This document shows positions 60,940-64,000 of a stretch of DNA of 64,000 nucleotides, in pieces. Position 1 is the stretch's first letter; each line of letters begins with the position of its first letter. The translations under genes were made by a program, and so were the position numbers. Under the pieces are notes generated by a model, which did not search any database, was not told the DNA's origin, and worked only from the letters and a program-made list of their open reading frames with translations. This DNA comes from an uncultured Gemmatimonadales bacterium (lineage in GTDB: Bacteria; Gemmatimonadota; Gemmatimonadetes; Longimicrobiales; Gaopeijiaceae): positions 1,824,001-1,888,000 of the forward strand of contig CAWELD010000003.1 of NCBI GenBank assembly GCA_963809895.1, in the 5' to 3' direction.

Positions 60940-61656
60940 TTAGTCGCGGATCAATCCGCCCGTGTTCTCTCGGGCCCATTGGAGGTCCCGCGGGGTGAGC
61001 CTTCGTCGCTTCAGCCCCGATGGTTGCCGGGCGTCCATGACTGCGCTGACGTCGCCGACGCAGGTCATCGCTCCGCAGACGTGGCCGGGCCCGAAGAGGA
61101 CGTGCCCCCATTCGTGCAAGACCGTGGTCTGCACATCCAGAGCAGCCGCAGGCACGTCGTCCGAGACGCTCCACACGCGGCCCGGATAGTCGAACTGCTT
61201 CGTGGCTGAATTGTATTCCCGCTCGCCGAGGCTCTGGAGCACGATCATTCTGGGCATGCACGGGAAGCGGGGGTGTTGGGCATACGTTGCGAACGCCTGT
61301 GCCCTCTCATAGAAGGCGTTGTTTTCCGTCTCAGACGCCAGCACATCCCAACGGATCAGGACATCGGCCGAGGATGCCGATGGCGAACTCAATCGCTCGA
61401 TCTTGACCCCGGTGTGGTTGGACCACTCTTCGGCGGCGCCCACCATCGCCGCGATCATCTCGCTGTAGCTGTAGAGCAAACTCCGTGGGATGGGTCCCCA
61501 GAACGCCCAGGTGATCGTGGTAGGGGTCGCGGTAGCCTGTGTCGCATCACAATAGTATCCCCGCTCGTCAAAGCGTCGCCCGGAAGTCTCCTGAGGAGCC
61601 GCAAACGCCATGAGCGCAATAAGGGGCGCCAATGCAAACAGGGATACACGCCTCAT
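60940..61656 (-). CDS. Secreted matrixin-like (metzincin) metallopeptidase
   Basis: Signal peptide; HEWGHVLFGPGH and a downstream AVM Met-turn; SD GGAG. Confidence 0.75.
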   Translation of the reverse strand: MRRVSLFALAPLIALMAFAAPQETSGRRFDERGYYCDATQATATPTTITWAFWGPIPRSLLYSYSEMIAAMVGAAEEWSNHTGVKIERLSSPSASSADVLIRWDVLASETENNAFYERAQAFATYAQHPRFPCMPRMIVLQSLGEREYNSATKQFDYPGRVWSVSDDVPAAALDVQTTVLHEWGHVLFGPGHVCGAMTCVGDVSAVMDARQPSGLKRRRLTPRDLQWARENTGGLIRD

Positions 61657-61842
61657 GATCACTCTCCGCGCCAAGTTCGACTCTGATCCGAGAGAACTGC
61701 CCCCGCGCACGGAGGTCAACCCTCTTGTCCCTGGGCTCATTTCGGCGCCGACAGGATGCGTCGGGCGTCATGGGGTGCCTTGCTGGTTCGGGGGCCCAGG
61801 TGATCCGCCTGCCGAGGGGCCCGTTGCCAACCAACGCCGTGG

Positions 61843-62584
61843 CTAGAGCGAGTACTCCTCGATCCGCTCCTTGCCCGAGACGCTCACCGGCAGCCGTGTC
61901 CCGTCGGCCAGGATCGCGAGCCACTTCTCTGGTCCGTCGTCGCGCAGCTCGCGCACCCGCTCGAAGTTCACCAGAGCCGAGCGGTGGACGCGCACGAATC
62001 CGTGCGACTCGAGCTTCTTCTGGAGGGAGCGCATCGTCTCACGCAGCAGGAGGCTCCTGCCCCCGGTGACCACCTGGACGTAGTTGCCTTCGCTCAGGAT
62101 GTAGTCGATGTCGCGGACGGGGGTCAGGACGGTGCGGTTCCCGACGCGCAGGGGGAGGCGGTCATCGGCGTTGGCCGCACGCAGGCGCTGGATGCTCGAC
62201 CGGAGGTCTTCCCCGCCCGCTCGCCCCTCGACCAGGGCGAGGGCGCGCTCCCAGGCCCGGGCCACGCGCTGGAACTCGAAGGGCTTGAGCAGATAGTCGA
62301 TGGCGGCGACGTCGAAGGCGCGCAGCGCGAATTCGTCGTAGGCCGTCACGAAGATCGTCACCGGCACCTGGTCGGTATCGAGGCCCTCGATGACCTCGAA
62401 GCCGTCCCGGCCCGGCATGCGGATGTCGAGGAATACCACGGCCGGGCGCTGGGCCGCGATCATCTCCAGCGCCTGATCCCCGGACGCGGCCTCGACGATG
62501 GTCAGCTCATCGTCGAGCTGCGGTCAGATGCTCGCGGAGCATCTCCCTCACCAGGGGCTCGTCGTCGGCGATCAGGACCTTCAC
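61843..62584 (-). CDS. LytTR family response regulator; frameshift near 62521
   Basis: VKVLIADDEPL in an upstream frame; FLDIRMP, FVTAYDEFA, YLLKP, FVRVHRS; GTGA overlap with the kinase. Confidence 0.88.
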
Positions 62585-63691
62585 GGGATCTTCTCCAGGG
62601 GCAGCGAGACCCGGGCCTCGACGCCGGGCTCGGCCGCTCGGAGCTCCAGCGAGGCCTCACTGCCGTACAGCGCCGCCAGCCGCTCCCGCGTGAGGCCCAG
62701 ACCCGTGCCTTCCTTGACGCCGTTGGGCGAGCCTCCGTTCCGCAAGGCCCACTCCGGTGTCGCGCACGGACAGCAGCAGACGTCCCGGGGAGACGGACGC
62801 CGTGATCGACACCTCCGCCGGACCCGTCCCGGGGGACACCCCGTGCTCCACCGCGTTCTCCACCAGCGGCTGGAGAATCAGGTGCGGGACGAGCGCGTCG
62901 CCGGCCTCGGGATCGATGTCGAAGCGGACCCGCAAGCGGTCGGGCATGCGAAGCTCCTGGATGCCCGTGTAGCGGCGCAGGAAGTCGATCTCGGCATCGA
63001 GGGGCTGCACCTGCCGGCCACTCGTGGACAGCACGCTGCGGTAGAGATCGGCGAGTTGCACCAGTGCCCGGTTCCCCGCCGCGGGATCGCGGGCGTTCAC
63101 GGTCGCCACCGCCTGCAGCGCGTTGAACAGGAAGTGCGGCTGCAGGCGCGCCTGGAGGGACTGCATCTGGGCCCGGGCGAGGCTCGCTTCGAGGGCCGCC
63201 GCCTCGGCGCGCGCGTTCCGGGCCTCCCATGCGTTGACGGCCGACCACCAGGCCGCCAGGAGTCCGAAGCAGGCGATGACCTCCACCAGCAGCACCGTGC
63301 GGAAGTGCGTGAGGAGCACCTGGCCCGCCGGCTCCTGGATCTGATCGCCGAAGAACAGCAGGTCGACACCCACGACGCCGGCCGAATGGAGCAGGATCGC
63401 CACGGCACCCAGCCCGACAAGCGCCGCGATGCGGCGGCCACGAGCGGCATTCCGGCGCCGCAGGACATGATCGACCACGAGGGCCGGAAGGACCGCCGGT
63501 AGCCACGTGCCCCACTTGGCGAGGTTGAACGCGACGAGGGTCGCCACCGTGATGTCGGGAGTCGTGCCGCCGGCCTGCCACGCCAGGAGCGTCTGCGACG
63601 TCGCGATCAGGCCGCAGAGGCCCAGCGCCAGCACGCTCCACCCCAGCAGGCGGACCACGCCCGGCTGCCCATCCACCCGCGTCCGTGTCAC
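62581..63691 (-). CDS. LytS/YehU family sensor histidine kinase; frameshift near 62740
   Basis: TM N terminus, LQPHFLFNAL, LQPLVENAVEHG, DTGVG; GTGLG..RERL continues in the shifted frame. Confidence 0.88.
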
Positions 63692-63703
63692 ATTCCTCTC
63701 ACC

Positions 63704-64000
63704 TCACCGGTCGTTCCCGATTCCCCGAACCTTCGCACGCAGCGTGTCGGTCGGCGTGGGTTCATTATGCAACGAAAGGATCGTGTCCGCCCGGGCCCCG
63801 ACCGCATCGAGGGCCGCCAACCCTTCCGCGAGCGACTGCCGCCAGAAGTTCGGCTCGAAGCGCTCCGGGACGTAGAGGTCGCCGAGATAGGCGAGCGAGA
63901 CATCGTCGAAGGTCACGATCAACGAAGCGCGCCCCCGATCGCCACCGGGCTGCGGAGCCCGACGGACGACGAGGCTGCCGATCCGCACGCTGTCGGCCAC
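63704..64000 (-). CDS. Partial CDS (C terminus), possibly metallo-beta-lactamase-fold
   Basis: AYLGDLY and DTILSLH resemble late MBL motifs; runs off the window end. Confidence 0.45.
   Translation of the reverse strand: MADSVRIGSLVVRRAPQPGGDRGRASLIVTFDDVSLAYLGDLYVPERFEPNFWRQSLAEGLAALDAVGARADTILSLHNEPTPTDTLRAKVRGIGNDR

Noticed and set aside
55299..62259. Diversity-generating retroelement TR/VR pair among the lytTR copies
   Set aside because: Differences are few, mostly synonymous and not adenine-specific; no reverse transcriptase is present.
61843..63691. Programmed frameshifting or phase variation in the lytS/lytTR pair
   Set aside because: No slippery sites or long repeats; the shifts belong to the general indel cluster.

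Overview
GC-rich bacterial accessory region. The gene repertoire (ADOP permeases, 6-bladed beta-propeller lipoprotein, S9 peptidase, membrane Ser/Thr kinase) suggests Gemmatimonadota or a similar phylum; this is inference. It holds seven duplicated MacB/FtsX-type orphan permeases (ADOP) and seven PadR regulators, with no ABC ATPase or membrane-fusion gene. These are interleaved with seven toxin-antitoxin or defence-like modules (4 VapC pairs, Xre/MbcA-like plus zeta-like ATPase, Fic, AbiE). Other genes: type IA topoisomerase, MATE, aquaporin, cyclase, hydrolases and a LytS/LytTR pair. Two higher-order patterns stand out. (1) PadR presence and subtype track the short N-terminal prefix domain of the neighbouring membrane protein, and the modules carry several distinct palindromic operator types, suggesting parallel PadR/membrane-sensor circuits. 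(2) Cargo blocks are bounded by duplicated or headless gene ends (three lytTR 3' ends, a 54-bp duplicated cyclase 5' segment, orphan tails starting at a neighbour's stop codon), yet no integrase or transposase is visible, suggesting integrase-free gene accretion. About 11 single-base frameshifts, nearly all beyond 47 kb, are probably consensus errors. No rRNA, tRNA, CRISPR array or IS element was recognised. All family calls are from motif recognition by eye, not database searches.
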